This document shows positions 18,401-27,332 of a stretch of DNA of 64,000 nt, piece by piece. Position 1 is the first letter of the stretch, and every line of letters begins with the position of its first letter. The DNA is taken from NCBI GenBank assembly GCA_017617655.1, contig JAFZVU010000087.1:610-64609 (forward strand), written 5' to 3'. The notes beneath the pieces were generated by a model. That model was not told the DNA's origin. It did no database searches and worked only from the letters and a program-made list of their open reading frames with translations. Position numbers and translations under genes: made by a program. This DNA is from Bacteroidales bacterium. Lineage in GTDB: Bacteria; Bacteroidota; Bacteroidia; Bacteroidales; UBA932.

Positions 18401-19994
18401 GATGACTGCTGACGTGACCGGCCCCCTGGACAAACTTGAGATCAATTCGAAAGACGGCCACCTGAACGGATTCGAGGGCAAGATCACATATACACAGGTG
18501 CGATATGGCGTAGAAGGCGATTTCGAACTGTCACCTACCGGCGTGACAATCCGCCAGGCAAGCATGACCGACGGACTGAACGGCTCGGGCAGGATAAGCG
18601 GCGGAGTAAGTTTCGACCATTTCAAGGACATACGGCTCGACGTCCGCATGAGGGTGCGTGACATGCTGGCGCTGAACACCGGCGCCGGCGACAATTCCAC
18701 CTTCTACGGGAATGCTGTCGCAAGCAACGGAGACATCTCGATCGTCGGACCGACAAGCGACATCAACCTGAACATAAACGCTACTACCGGACCTTCTACC
18801 CTGCGTATCCCGCTCGCATCCATAACTACCTCCACCCAGTCGATCCTCACCTTCGTCAACAACGAAGTTCCTGTGCTCAGTTCATATGACTCGCTGCTGC
18901 TCCTCCACAGTGCCAACAAGGAAAAGGACAAGGCAAAGGGCAATTTCGGAGTCAACCTGAGGCTGAGGGCCACCAACGATGCCGAGGTAAACCTCGACAT
19001 AGACCGCACTTCCGGCAACACGCTTAAGGCTAAGGGTACCGGTGACATAAACATCAACGTATATAACGAGCAGTTCGACATTAAGGGCAGCTACGGAGTC
19101 GACGAAGGAAGCTTCAACTATAAACTGCTCGGCCTTACCAACAAAGTCTTCAGCATCAACAAGGGAGGCAGCGTCAACTTCACGGGAGACGTGATGAACA
19201 CCGAGCTTGATGTCACTGCAGAATACGATACGAAGGCATCCATTTCTCCCCTGCTGGCAGACTCCATCTCTACTTCCGCCCGCAAGAATGTCAAATGTAT
19301 GCTCGACGTGTCCGGCAAGCTGTCCAATCCCCAGCTCGACTTCGACGTCGACATCCTCGACATAGAGCCTGCCATCAAGGCCCAGATCGAGCCGGCGTTC
19401 ATGACTGAGGAGAAAAGGATGAAACAGTTCGTGGCAGTGCTGCTTACCGGCAACTTCCTGCCCGACGACGCTTCCGGCATCAACAATGCCACCACCGGCG
19501 TCAACTACCTCAACCTGGGAGAGATAATGGCCAACCAGATCAACGACATACTCGAAGAACTGAACATCCCTGTCGACCTGGGCCTGAACTATCAGAACAA
19601 CGACAGCGGCCGCGACGTCGTGGACGTAGCGATCAGCACCCAGTTGTTCAACAACCGCGTCACTATCAACGGCAACATAGGCAACCGCCAGTACAGCACT
19701 GCGGGCAGGAGCGACGTCATGGGTGACGTCGACATAGCCATAAAGCTGGGAAAGAAAGGTAACACCAGGCTGACGCTGTTCTCACACTCTCCTGACGATT
19801 TCAGCAGCTACCTCGACCAGACTCAGCGTAACGGCGCTGGTATTGCGTTCAGCAAGGAATTCGACGATTTCAAAGAATTGTTCTCAAGTAATCCCGACAG
19901 GCAGCCACGTCGTGAACGCGGAGATAGGCCGCGCCCTGAAGGGCGGCCTGACCCTGGAGAGCGAGGTTCACGTCCAGACAGGACTCGGGAGTAA
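15441..19994 (+). CDS. tamB: Translocation/assembly module protein TamB (DUF490 family)
   Basis: About 1517 aa with an N-terminal signal-anchor helix (LLGLLCLLAIAPVVAVVAL), a long beta-rich repetitive body and a DUF490-like C-terminus. The track start is a TTG one codon upstream of the ATG. Confidence 0.78.
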   Translation: MKLLRKILLGLLCLLAIAPVVAVVALQLPGVQKRICNAVADNISSDLNGSLSIGDVYYALFDRVIIKDALLKDEAQDTVAYLGKLSLNVKLLKAITGRVSVSKVELSDALLNLQAGPDGKLNLVKIFPEKEKVRDTTSKGILAFFDNILVDVRSIKVNDMDINFTGKEPTTYHRNKKGRLMTPGEHTIDWNDMHMRDLDIDISDIRYNLRKQSVSLKVNGISVEESRGFKLDELRFKAALDAAGIHIEDFRYADNYSDLKLPYANALFEQFSDFSDFLHKVSLDCSLEDSKVCLSSLGLFLPGLDHLTLPLTASGKVKGPVANMKLSSFTVDGPGLSHVELSGQLNGLPLSEQTIMSANISNCYFTTAGIEGIASSLSYKPFKRGTIRKFAPGTKFNFTGFMDGFFTDFVAYGGLSSNIGKVDVDLLCQAYLPEGFSMDGFLDASNFDLGKFLQNDKLGELSCNATLSGYTSSDKSKTYMSMDSIYVSKFNFNDYDYKGITASGWVDYNGISVKAVDDDPNLDFALTANILNAGDGERTYDVDLDLKQANLAALHLDKQEVSLIGMKLNGKVTQTGKDSFVGDIFINDMGCTNATGLHYLGDIQIDASLLPSDQNLTFRSSFLNGTMTGTTSVSDLVNDAKYALLNGKLDNLLRGQTSPLKYSGGDFNVNFKVSDIRQLLAFVMPDMHIENGTELSFSTDGSGSPALSLTSELLSYKDIYARNVMVFYNGDDSSSVAAIDADLVRIGSLVAVNNHLGADIKGNQVKLDLVYNNDSENEADRGNIKATVAFPDSSAAYDVLIAMDNSTVMADGKEWKIRPSSVFFNKKRIAVRDFLMEGEDQFMRVDGIISDNPEEACTVELNNFDMSLANLFLKEPLSLDGRLTGNATAKSLLGDYELTADLAADSVLLSGNLVGDLAVNATWEEQAEKIGFSIVNMLADKKVIDIAGDMNTKDKTMAATATIDSLRAVILTPFLSSIMSDLGGSISMTADVTGPLDKLEINSKDGHLNGFEGKITYTQVRYGVEGDFELSPTGVTIRQASMTDGLNGSGRISGGVSFDHFKDIRLDVRMRVRDMLALNTGAGDNSTFYGNAVASNGDISIVGPTSDINLNINATTGPSTLRIPLASITTSTQSILTFVNNEVPVLSSYDSLLLLHSANKEKDKAKGNFGVNLRLRATNDAEVNLDIDRTSGNTLKAKGTGDININVYNEQFDIKGSYGVDEGSFNYKLLGLTNKVFSINKGGSVNFTGDVMNTELDVTAEYDTKASISPLLADSISTSARKNVKCMLDVSGKLSNPQLDFDVDILDIEPAIKAQIEPAFMTEEKRMKQFVAVLLTGNFLPDDASGINNATTGVNYLNLGEIMANQINDILEELNIPVDLGLNYQNNDSGRDVVDVAISTQLFNNRVTINGNIGNRQYSTAGRSDVMGDVDIAIKLGKKGNTRLTLFSHSPDDFSSYLDQTQRNGAGIAFSKEFDDFKELFSSNPDRQPRRERGDRPRPEGRPDPGERGSRPDRTRE

Positions 19995-20655
19995 GCCCCA
20001 GAGGCTCCCATACCATCCTTTTACGGGAAATACCGACCAGGACAGGCCTGCCCAGGTCCATGAACTCGTGCAGCCTTGCGAGCATCTCGAGGTTCTGCCC
20101 GGCTGTCTTGGCGAAACCGAAGCCCGGGTCCAGGATCCAGTCCGTGACGCCGGCAGCCTCGGCTTTGCGGCCGAACTCCCTGAAATAATCCTTGACGTCG
20201 GAAACGACATCTTTGTAATCGCACATGGAATCCATAGTCTGGCCGTTCCCCCTGCTGTGCATGGCGATGTACGGCAGCCCAAGTTCAGCTACGGTGGCCA
20301 GCATGGCGCCGTCCGCCTCCCCTGCGGTGATGTCGTTTACCATGAACGGTCCGATACGGTCGTAGGTGCGCCTGACTATTTCTGATGAGAATGTATCTAC
20401 AGAGAAGATGCGCCCTGCGAAGTTAGACGCCACCTCGTCGAGAGCCCATTCCAGCCTCTTCCATTCGGCGGCCTCGCCGGGATATACGCTGCCCGGACGG
20501 GAGCTGCACGCCCCGATATCGATCATGTCCGCGCCTTCCTCGAACATAGATGCCACCCTGGCACGGAAAGACTCTGCGTTTTCAACCCTGCTGTGTCGAT
20601 AAAATGAATCGGCATTCAGGTTAATGATTCCTATTATGTTAGTATATTTGTGCAT
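19870..20655 (-). CDS. folP: Dihydropteroate synthase
   Basis: Pterin-binding DHPS-like sequence: IIGIINLNADSFY, MIDIGACSSRPG, DPGFGFAKT, YLRVHDV. Confidence 0.9.
   Translation of the reverse strand: MHKYTNIIGIINLNADSFYRHSRVENAESFRARVASMFEEGADMIDIGACSSRPGSVYPGEAAEWKRLEWALDEVASNFAGRIFSVDTFSSEIVRRTYDRIGPFMVNDITAGEADGAMLATVAELGLPYIAMHSRGNGQTMDSMCDYKDVVSDVKDYFREFGRKAEAAGVTDWILDPGFGFAKTAGQNLEMLARLHEFMDLGRPVLVGISRKRMVWEPLGLTPESCLDVNLALQGQAALQGAAYLRVHDVAACRDYLRTIL
20643..20650 (+). promoter_or_regulatory. Bacteroidota -7 promoter box (TATATTTG) for tmk
   Basis: TAnnTTTG 26 nt upstream of the ATG at 20677. It lies within the first codons of the divergent folP. Confidence 0.4.
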
Positions 20656-20659
20656 ACCA

Positions 20660-20667
20660 CAAATATA
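20660..20667 (-). promoter_or_regulatory. Bacteroidota -7 promoter box (TATATTTG) 4 nt upstream of the folP ATG
   Basis: The minus strand reads TATATTTG-tggt-ATG. Confidence 0.4.
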
Positions 20668-20676
20668 TACATAATT

Positions 20677-21357
20677 ATGCTTATAGTGCTCGAAGGGCTG
20701 GACGGAGCCGGCAAATCAACGCAGGTAAAGATGCTCGACGCATATCTCCAGGCTGCCGGCCTGAAGACAAGATTCCTTCATTTCCCAAGATATGAAGCCC
20801 CCATATACGGAGACCTCATCGCGAGATTCCTCAGAGGCGATTTCGGAGGCAACGACGCCGTGCATCCCCAGCTCGTGGCCCTGCTTTACTCCCTCGACCG
20901 CATAGACGCCGCACCTGCCATCAAGGAATGGCTGGATGAAGGCTATTGCGTGATCCTCGACAGATATGTCTATTCCAACATAGCCTTCCAGTGCGCCAAG
21001 CTGCCCGACGGCGAGGAGTCGGACCAGCTCCGGGAGTGGATATTCAATTATGAATACACTGTTTCCGGTATTCCTAAGCCAGATTTCAACATTTTCCTCG
21101 ACGTGCCGATAGGTTTTGTCGACAAGCAGCTCAAACACAACCGCAGCGGCAGCGACCGCGACTATCTCGAGGGCAAGAGCGATATCCACGAGTCCAGCAT
21201 CGAGTTCCAGAAGAACGTCCGCAAGATATACCTGCGCCAGTGCGAGCTCGACCCCGACTTCATCCGCATCGACTGCGCCGACGCTGACGGCGAGATCCTC
21301 CCTGCCCAGACTATTTTCGACGATCTCAAACATATAATTTCGCAAAGGATCAAATGA
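20677..21357 (+). CDS. tmk: Thymidylate kinase (dTMP kinase)
   Basis: P-loop IVLEGLDGAGKST and the DRY motif ILDRYVYSNIAF. Start set at the ATG at 20677. Confidence 0.82.
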   Translation: MLIVLEGLDGAGKSTQVKMLDAYLQAAGLKTRFLHFPRYEAPIYGDLIARFLRGDFGGNDAVHPQLVALLYSLDRIDAAPAIKEWLDEGYCVILDRYVYSNIAFQCAKLPDGEESDQLREWIFNYEYTVSGIPKPDFNIFLDVPIGFVDKQLKHNRSGSDRDYLEGKSDIHESSIEFQKNVRKIYLRQCELDPDFIRIDCADADGEILPAQTIFDDLKHIISQRIK

Positions 21358-22589
21358 GATTACCAAGAGCTCTTTGCCGGCTGGTCTTCGGCCTGACTTT
21401 CATCTTTTCCGGTCTGGTAAAGCTTCTGTCCCCCGTCGGGACCTCACTCATATTCAAGGAGTATTTCGCAGCGCTTCATCTGGGTTTCCTTTCAGGCACC
21501 GCCCTGTATGCAGGCATGCTGCTGGCAGTCTGCGAATTTACGGTCGGCATGTGCATCCTCCTCTCAGTCAGGATGAAGCTGTTCACGGCGATAGGTTTCT
21601 ACCTGACCTGTTTCTTCACCCTGCTGACCCTGTATCTGGCCCTGTTCAACCCCATCAGCGACTGCGGATGCTTCGGAGAAGCCGTCCACCTCACTAACTG
21701 GCAGACCTTCTTCAAGAATCTGATTCTGCTGCCGTGCATCGCCCTGCTCTATTTCCAGCGGAACAAGATCGACCCCATAGCCCACCCTGCCGCCGAGTGG
21801 TCGTTCGCCGGATTGTTCTTCCTGGCGGCAGTCGCGCTATGGATCTATTCTTACCGCTACGTGCCGATATATGAGTTCACTCCCTACAAGACAGGCTCCT
21901 ACATCTCCACTGACGATGACGACACCTCGTTCGAGACTACATTCATCTATTCAAAGGACGGACAGACCAGAAGTTTCACTCTCGAAAACCTTCCGGACTC
22001 GACCTGGACGTATGTAGAAACCGTGACCGAAATGACCGGCAAGGCCGGGCAGTATTCCGACTTCATCATCCAGGACGCATACGGCAACGACATCACTCCG
22101 AACATTCTCTACAGCGAAGACGCCATCCTGGTGTCTGTCTACGACCCGGCAAGACTAAAGGCCCGCGACTGGAAACGCATCGAAGATTTCTGCCACGAAG
22201 TCGTGGCCGCCGGGGCCGACCTTTACGTCACATCCTCCGTCACAGATTCCGCAATTCCTGACGACTTCCCTTATGAAGTGGGCTACGGAGACCGCAAGCT
22301 GCTGCTGACCATCAACCGCGCAAACGGCGGAGCGACCCTTTTCAGCGACGGCTATGTCTCCCAGAAATGGACTGCCGCCACCATGGAAGACGCGGAGCTT
22401 GACGAACTCCTTCAGGAAGACGGAGAGACGCTGGTGCTGCGCGGCGCCATCCGCAGCAATGTCATCGCATCCTGCCTCGTGCTCGGCATCCTGCTGATGA
22501 TGATCCTCATCTACTACATCTGCAAAGTATCATACAAAGATTCGAGTCTCAACAAATGGAGGAGACGCATTAAGAAAAATGAACAATAA
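21354..22589 (+). CDS. DoxX/MauE-like membrane protein with an extracytoplasmic C-terminal domain
   Basis: The N-terminal 4-TM DoxX-like region has a CGCFGE motif. A soluble domain and a terminal TM helix follow. ATGA overlap with tmk. Confidence 0.55.
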   Translation: MRLPRALCRLVFGLTFIFSGLVKLLSPVGTSLIFKEYFAALHLGFLSGTALYAGMLLAVCEFTVGMCILLSVRMKLFTAIGFYLTCFFTLLTLYLALFNPISDCGCFGEAVHLTNWQTFFKNLILLPCIALLYFQRNKIDPIAHPAAEWSFAGLFFLAAVALWIYSYRYVPIYEFTPYKTGSYISTDDDDTSFETTFIYSKDGQTRSFTLENLPDSTWTYVETVTEMTGKAGQYSDFIIQDAYGNDITPNILYSEDAILVSVYDPARLKARDWKRIEDFCHEVVAAGADLYVTSSVTDSAIPDDFPYEVGYGDRKLLLTINRANGGATLFSDGYVSQKWTAATMEDAELDELLQEDGETLVLRGAIRSNVIASCLVLGILLMMILIYYICKVSYKDSSLNKWRRRIKKNEQ

Positions 22590-24591
22590 AATCCTATCCG
22601 CAATGGCTGCCGCATGCCTTCTTGCATTTTCCTGCACACCGAAGTCAACCCCTGATAAATTCACCTACAGTCTCGACGAATTCGCCGACCTCGAAGTCAT
22701 AAGATATCAGGTGCCCGGCTGGGACGAGCTGACCTTCGGCCAGAAACAATACATATACTATCTGAGCGAAGCCGCCAAATACGGCCGCGACATAATCTGG
22801 GAGCAGAACTATGTCTATAATCTGCCCATCCGCAAGGCTCTGGAAAAGATCATTGCGACATACGACGGCGGAGACAGAGGCAGCACCCTGGACTGGTTCA
22901 ATTTCTTCGTCTATGCAAAAAGAGTGTTCTTCAGCAACGGCATACACCATCACTACGGGGAGCACAAGTTCTTCCCGGAATGCCCGAGGGAATATATGGA
23001 AAGGCTCTTCAACGAATGTGGCTGCGATACCAGACTGCTTGAGATCATCTATAACCCCGACATTGCTCCTTTCCGCAAGTATCAGGGGGAAGGCGTCGAC
23101 CTTATAAAAGCATCTGCCAACCATCTTTATGAGGGAGTGAGCCAGAAGGAAGCCGAAGCATTCTACGCCGCGATGGAAGACCCCCGCGATGAGCAGCCCC
23201 TGTCGATAGGCCTCAACAGCCGTCTCGTAAAGGAGCCTGACGGCAGCCTGAAAGAACTGAAGTATACCACTGACGGCCTTTACGGCAAGGCTCTTACCAA
23301 GGTGGTCGAGAATCTGGAAGCTGCAGCTGCGGTGGCCGAGAACGATGTGCAGCGCAGATATATCGCCCAGCTTGTCGATTATTTCCGCACCGGCGACCTG
23401 GCCACCTGGGACGAATACAACATCAGCTGGGTGCAGGACACCCTTTCCAGGGTCGATTTCATAAACGGCTTCATAGAAGTCTATGGCGACCCGCTGGGCC
23501 TGAAGGGCAACTTCGAGGCGATGGTGAACTACCGCGACGAGGAGGCTTCGCAGCGCACAGTCACCATCAGCGAGAACGCCCAGTGGTTCGAGGACCACTC
23601 TCCGGTGGATCCCCGCTTCCGCAAGGCTGAAGTTAAGGGCATCTCCGCCAAGGTCATCAACGCAGCCTGCCTTGCCGGAGACACCTACCCTTCTACGGCT
23701 ATCGGCATCAACCTGCCCAACGCCGACTGGATCAGGAAGGACTACGGCTCGAAATCTGTGACCATAGCCAACATAACCGAAGCGTATGACAAGGCTGCCG
23801 AAGAGAAGCCGAACAGCGTCCTGAAGGAGTTTGCATGGGACGAGGCTGAGATAGAGCGGGCGCACTCGTATGCCTACATCACCGACAATCTGCACACCGA
23901 CCTGCACGAATGTCTCGGGCACGGCTCGGGCCAGCTGCTGGAAGGCACCTCTCCCAACGCCCTGAAAGAGTACAGCTCTACCCTCGAGGAGGCGCGGGCA
24001 GACCTTTTCGCACTATGGTATCTGGCTGACCCCAAGCTCGTGGAGCTGGGCCTGCTTGACAATAAGGATGCCTACAAGGCCGAATACGACAGCTACATAC
24101 GCAACGGCATCTTCACCCAGTTCACCAGGATAGAGCTTGGCAAGAAGAACACCGAGGCCCACATGCAGAACCGTAAGCTGATCGCCGACTGGTGCTTCGA
24201 GCAGGGAGCAGCGCAGAACGTGATCGAAAAGCGCATCCGCGACGGCAAGACCTATTTCGTAATCAACGACTACAATGCCCTCCGCGGCCTCTTCGGCAAG
24301 CTGCTGGCCGAGATCCAGCGCATCAAGAGCGAAGGTGACTACGCTGCCGGCAAGGCGCTGGTCGAGAAATATGCAGTAAACATCGATCCCGACCTTCACA
24401 GGGAGGTGCTCGAGAGGTATGCCGCCCTGAAGCTCAAGCCATATCGCGGCTTTGTCAATCCGGATATAGTTCCCGTAACAAAACGTGGAAAGGTAGTCGA
24501 CTACGCCATTGATTATTGCACGAATTTTGTAGGGCAGCAGCTCGAATATGGCGAGAAATACGCCACTTTAACCCCCGCCACCTTGGAATAA
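22579..24591 (+). CDS. Dipeptidyl-peptidase III family (peptidase M49) lipoprotein
   Basis: M49 zinc motifs HECLGHGSG and EEARADL; lipoprotein signal LLAFSC. Confidence 0.82.
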   Translation: MNNKILSAMAAACLLAFSCTPKSTPDKFTYSLDEFADLEVIRYQVPGWDELTFGQKQYIYYLSEAAKYGRDIIWEQNYVYNLPIRKALEKIIATYDGGDRGSTLDWFNFFVYAKRVFFSNGIHHHYGEHKFFPECPREYMERLFNECGCDTRLLEIIYNPDIAPFRKYQGEGVDLIKASANHLYEGVSQKEAEAFYAAMEDPRDEQPLSIGLNSRLVKEPDGSLKELKYTTDGLYGKALTKVVENLEAAAAVAENDVQRRYIAQLVDYFRTGDLATWDEYNISWVQDTLSRVDFINGFIEVYGDPLGLKGNFEAMVNYRDEEASQRTVTISENAQWFEDHSPVDPRFRKAEVKGISAKVINAACLAGDTYPSTAIGINLPNADWIRKDYGSKSVTIANITEAYDKAAEEKPNSVLKEFAWDEAEIERAHSYAYITDNLHTDLHECLGHGSGQLLEGTSPNALKEYSSTLEEARADLFALWYLADPKLVELGLLDNKDAYKAEYDSYIRNGIFTQFTRIELGKKNTEAHMQNRKLIADWCFEQGAAQNVIEKRIRDGKTYFVINDYNALRGLFGKLLAEIQRIKSEGDYAAGKALVEKYAVNIDPDLHREVLERYAALKLKPYRGFVNPDIVPVTKRGKVVDYAIDYCTNFVGQQLEYGEKYATLTPATLE

Positions 24592-24673
24592 CCGATTATT
24601 ATTCTTAACTTTAAACGAATTTTGGCTTTATATAAACCTTAATAAATATCAACCTCAATATCAAAGTTCAAAA

Positions 24674-26302
24674 ATGAAAGATTTTTCAAGACGTCAATTC
24701 CTCAAGACTGCAGGCGTAGCCACCGCTGGTGCAGTTCTTACCGGTTCTGCAGCTAATGCAGCATCGAAGGCCGGCGCTTTCAACCCTGTACAGACAGAGC
24801 TTGAAGCCGCCAGGGCTGACGGACAGAAAGTCCGTCTTGCATGTATCGGTGCCGCCAACCAGGCTGCATCTGACATCGGTCAGTTCGACAGGTCAGGTCT
24901 TTGCGAGATTACCTGCATCTGCGACGTGGATATCAAGAGCAGGGGCTGCCAGCAGACCATCGCCAAGTATCCGAAAGCAAAAGTATTCCAGGATTTCAGG
25001 AAGATGTTCGACGAGGCTCACAACGACTTCGACGCTGTTCTCGTAGCTATCCCTGACTTCGCTCACTTCCCTGCAGCAATGCTCGCTGTTTCATACGGCA
25101 AGCACGTATATGTTGAGAAACCTATGACCCGTACCTTCAACGAGGCCGAGCTTCTGTGCGACATCGCAAACCGTCACCCGGAAGTTGCAACCCAGGTAGG
25201 TAACCAGGGCCACTCAGGCGAGAACTACTTCCAGTTCAAGGCCTGGATGGAAGCAGGCATCATCAACGACTGCCGCAAGATTACCGCCCACTTCAACAAC
25301 TGGCGCCGCTGGTATCCTTACGATCCCGCAATCACCCGCTTCCCCGAGGCAGAGCCTATCCCTGAGGGAATGGATTGGGACACTTGGCTGACTACCGCCA
25401 AATATCACGATTTCAACGAGAAATATCACCCGGGCAACTGGCGCGGCTGGTATGACTTCGGTATGGGTGCTGTAGGCGACTGGGGTGCACACCTCATCGA
25501 CACTCCCCACCAGTTCCTCCACCTCGGAGTTCCTTACGAGATCGATCCTATCCATGTAGTCAACCACAACGACTTCTTCTTCCCCTTCGAGACCACTGTA
25601 CGTTACAAATTCGCCGCCCGCGGCAACATGCCCGAGTGCGAAGTTACATGGTATGACGGCGAGAAGAACATACCGCCGCTGCCTGACGGATACTGGGATA
25701 CTGCCACCAACGCAGACAACGACATCCCTGCTATCACTGTCAACGGACAGACTGTAGACCCGAGAAGCCTCGGTGGCGCAAACGGCCAGAGACCTCCTCA
25801 GGGCCAGGGTGGACAGAGACCTCCTCAGGGCCAGGGTGGCCAGAGGCCTCCTCAGGGCCAGGGCGGCCAGAGGCCCGCAGCTGCTGCAGCTCCTGCAGCC
25901 CAGGGCGCTCAGGTTCCTCAGCCCGGTACCGAGCTGTACTGCAAGGGTCCGGATGGAAAAGACCTCATTATCAAACGTGGTTCACACGCTGCAGCATCAC
26001 AGATCATCGGCGCTGCAAGGGCTAAAGAGCTCGAGAAATACATGCCTGTAGTTCCTGAGTCTCCGTCTAACCACTACGAGAACTTCCTTCTCGCAGCCAT
26101 GGGCAGGGAGAAGACCCGTTCTTCATTCCAGGTATTCGCCCCGATGTCTCAGATGTTCGCTCTCGGCACCATCGCAATGCGTCTCAACCGCAAGATCATC
26201 TTCGACAACGTCACCAAGACCTGCGTCGGAGACCGCTTCGCTACCGCACTGCTTTGCGACCAGCCGCCGAGAAAGGGTTGGGAAGAATTCTACAAACTCT
26301 AA
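24674..26302 (+). CDS. Tat-exported Gfo/Idh/MocA family oxidoreductase
   Basis: Twin-arginine signal SRRQFLKTAGVATAGA and a Rossmann N-domain (VRLACIGAANQA). It contains an internal GGQRPPQGQ repeat insert. Confidence 0.82.
   Translation: MKDFSRRQFLKTAGVATAGAVLTGSAANAASKAGAFNPVQTELEAARADGQKVRLACIGAANQAASDIGQFDRSGLCEITCICDVDIKSRGCQQTIAKYPKAKVFQDFRKMFDEAHNDFDAVLVAIPDFAHFPAAMLAVSYGKHVYVEKPMTRTFNEAELLCDIANRHPEVATQVGNQGHSGENYFQFKAWMEAGIINDCRKITAHFNNWRRWYPYDPAITRFPEAEPIPEGMDWDTWLTTAKYHDFNEKYHPGNWRGWYDFGMGAVGDWGAHLIDTPHQFLHLGVPYEIDPIHVVNHNDFFFPFETTVRYKFAARGNMPECEVTWYDGEKNIPPLPDGYWDTATNADNDIPAITVNGQTVDPRSLGGANGQRPPQGQGGQRPPQGQGGQRPPQGQGGQRPAAAAAPAAQGAQVPQPGTELYCKGPDGKDLIIKRGSHAAASQIIGAARAKELEKYMPVVPESPSNHYENFLLAAMGREKTRSSFQVFAPMSQMFALGTIAMRLNRKIIFDNVTKTCVGDRFATALLCDQPPRKGWEEFYKL
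25784..25876 (+). repeat. In-frame 27-nt tandem repeat, about 3.4 copies (GQRPPQGQG)n
   Basis: Units run 25784-25810, 25811-25837 and 25838-25864, with a partial unit at 25865-25876. Copies differ only at synonymous positions. Confidence 0.9.
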
Positions 26303-26304
26303 TC

Positions 26305-27084
26305 ATGAAGAATTCTTTACTTATTCTTGCAGTAGTCCTTCTGGCCTTCGCACAAAGTTGCGACAGGCCAGTGGACCACAGCAAGTATTTCAACCTCGAC
26401 CAGCAGGTCACTGAAGACAACGTACTCACCAAGGCTGAAAAGGCCCAGGGCTGGCAGCTGTTGTTCGACGGCAAGTCTTTCGACGGCTGGCACATCGCCG
26501 GCACCGACCATCAGCCTGACAGCGTATGGCACGTTGCTGACGGGATGATCGTCCTCGACAAGAGAAAACCCTTCGCTCGCGGAGCCGGTGACATCGTTAC
26601 GGACGAACTTTTCAAGAACTTCATCGTGAAGGTCGACTTCAAGATTACCGAAGGTGCGAACAGCGGCCTGAAGTATTTCGTCGACCCCGCTATGGAGAGC
26701 ATCCCGGGTGGCGCCTCAATCGGCTGCGAGTTCCAGATGCTTGACGACGAGCGTCATCCCGACGCCAAGGCAGGCGTAAAAGGCAACCGCACCCTCTCAT
26801 CTCTCTACGACCTGATTCCCGCACAGAAGGAAAATGCTCCCTTTGACCTGTACGATTTCAACACCGCCATGGTCTATGTATACGGCAATCACGTAGAGCA
26901 CTGGCTCAACGGAGTGAAAGTTGTCGAATATGAGCGCAACACCCAGGAGTGGAACGCTCTCGTGGCCTACAGCAAGTACCGCAACTATCCCAACTTCGGT
27001 AACGCCGAGTTCGGACACCTGCTGATCCAGGACCATTCAGACAATGTTTACTTCAAGAACATTAAGATTAAAGTATTAGACTGA
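26305..27084 (+). CDS. DUF1080 (3-keto-disaccharide hydrolase-like, concanavalin-like fold) lipoprotein
   Basis: Signal MKNSLLILAVVLLAFAQSC; DUF1080-like WQLLFDGKSFDGW...GNHVEHWLNGVKVVEY...FKNIKIK. Start moved to the ATG at 26305. Confidence 0.78.
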   Translation: MKNSLLILAVVLLAFAQSCDRPVDHSKYFNLDQQVTEDNVLTKAEKAQGWQLLFDGKSFDGWHIAGTDHQPDSVWHVADGMIVLDKRKPFARGAGDIVTDELFKNFIVKVDFKITEGANSGLKYFVDPAMESIPGGASIGCEFQMLDDERHPDAKAGVKGNRTLSSLYDLIPAQKENAPFDLYDFNTAMVYVYGNHVEHWLNGVKVVEYERNTQEWNALVAYSKYRNYPNFGNAEFGHLLIQDHSDNVYFKNIKIKVLD

Positions 27085-27089
27085 TACAA

Positions 27090-27332
27090 ATGAAAGATCT
27101 GGTCATTTCTGGCAAGAAGGTGAAAAAAGAGCTGCTGATCGCTCTGGGCTGCTTTATCTGCGCAGTCCTGATCAACATAGTCTGCATCATCGTCTACCAC
27201 TCTCAATGGCATGAAATCTTCACACAGATAGGATTCACGGTCTTCGTAGCGGTAGCGCTGTACGTGCTGCTGCTCATCATCAGGCTGATAGTCCTTGCAT
27301 GCAGAAAGATTTTCTGCAAGAGTAAAAAATGA
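27090..27332 (+). CDS. Small two-TM membrane protein
   Basis: 80 aa with two hydrophobic helices and lysine-rich ends. It starts 5 nt after DUF1080 and has an ATGA overlap with apbE. Confidence 0.5.
   Translation: MKDLVISGKKVKKELLIALGCFICAVLINIVCIIVYHSQWHEIFTQIGFTVFVAVALYVLLLIIRLIVLACRKIFCKSKK

Noticed and set aside
25784-25920. The GQRPPQGQG repeat considered as a collagen-like or cell-surface adhesin motif.
   Set aside because: It is not a Gly-X-Y triplet periodicity, and it sits inside an otherwise ordinary Gfo/Idh/MocA enzyme. It is treated as a linker expansion only.
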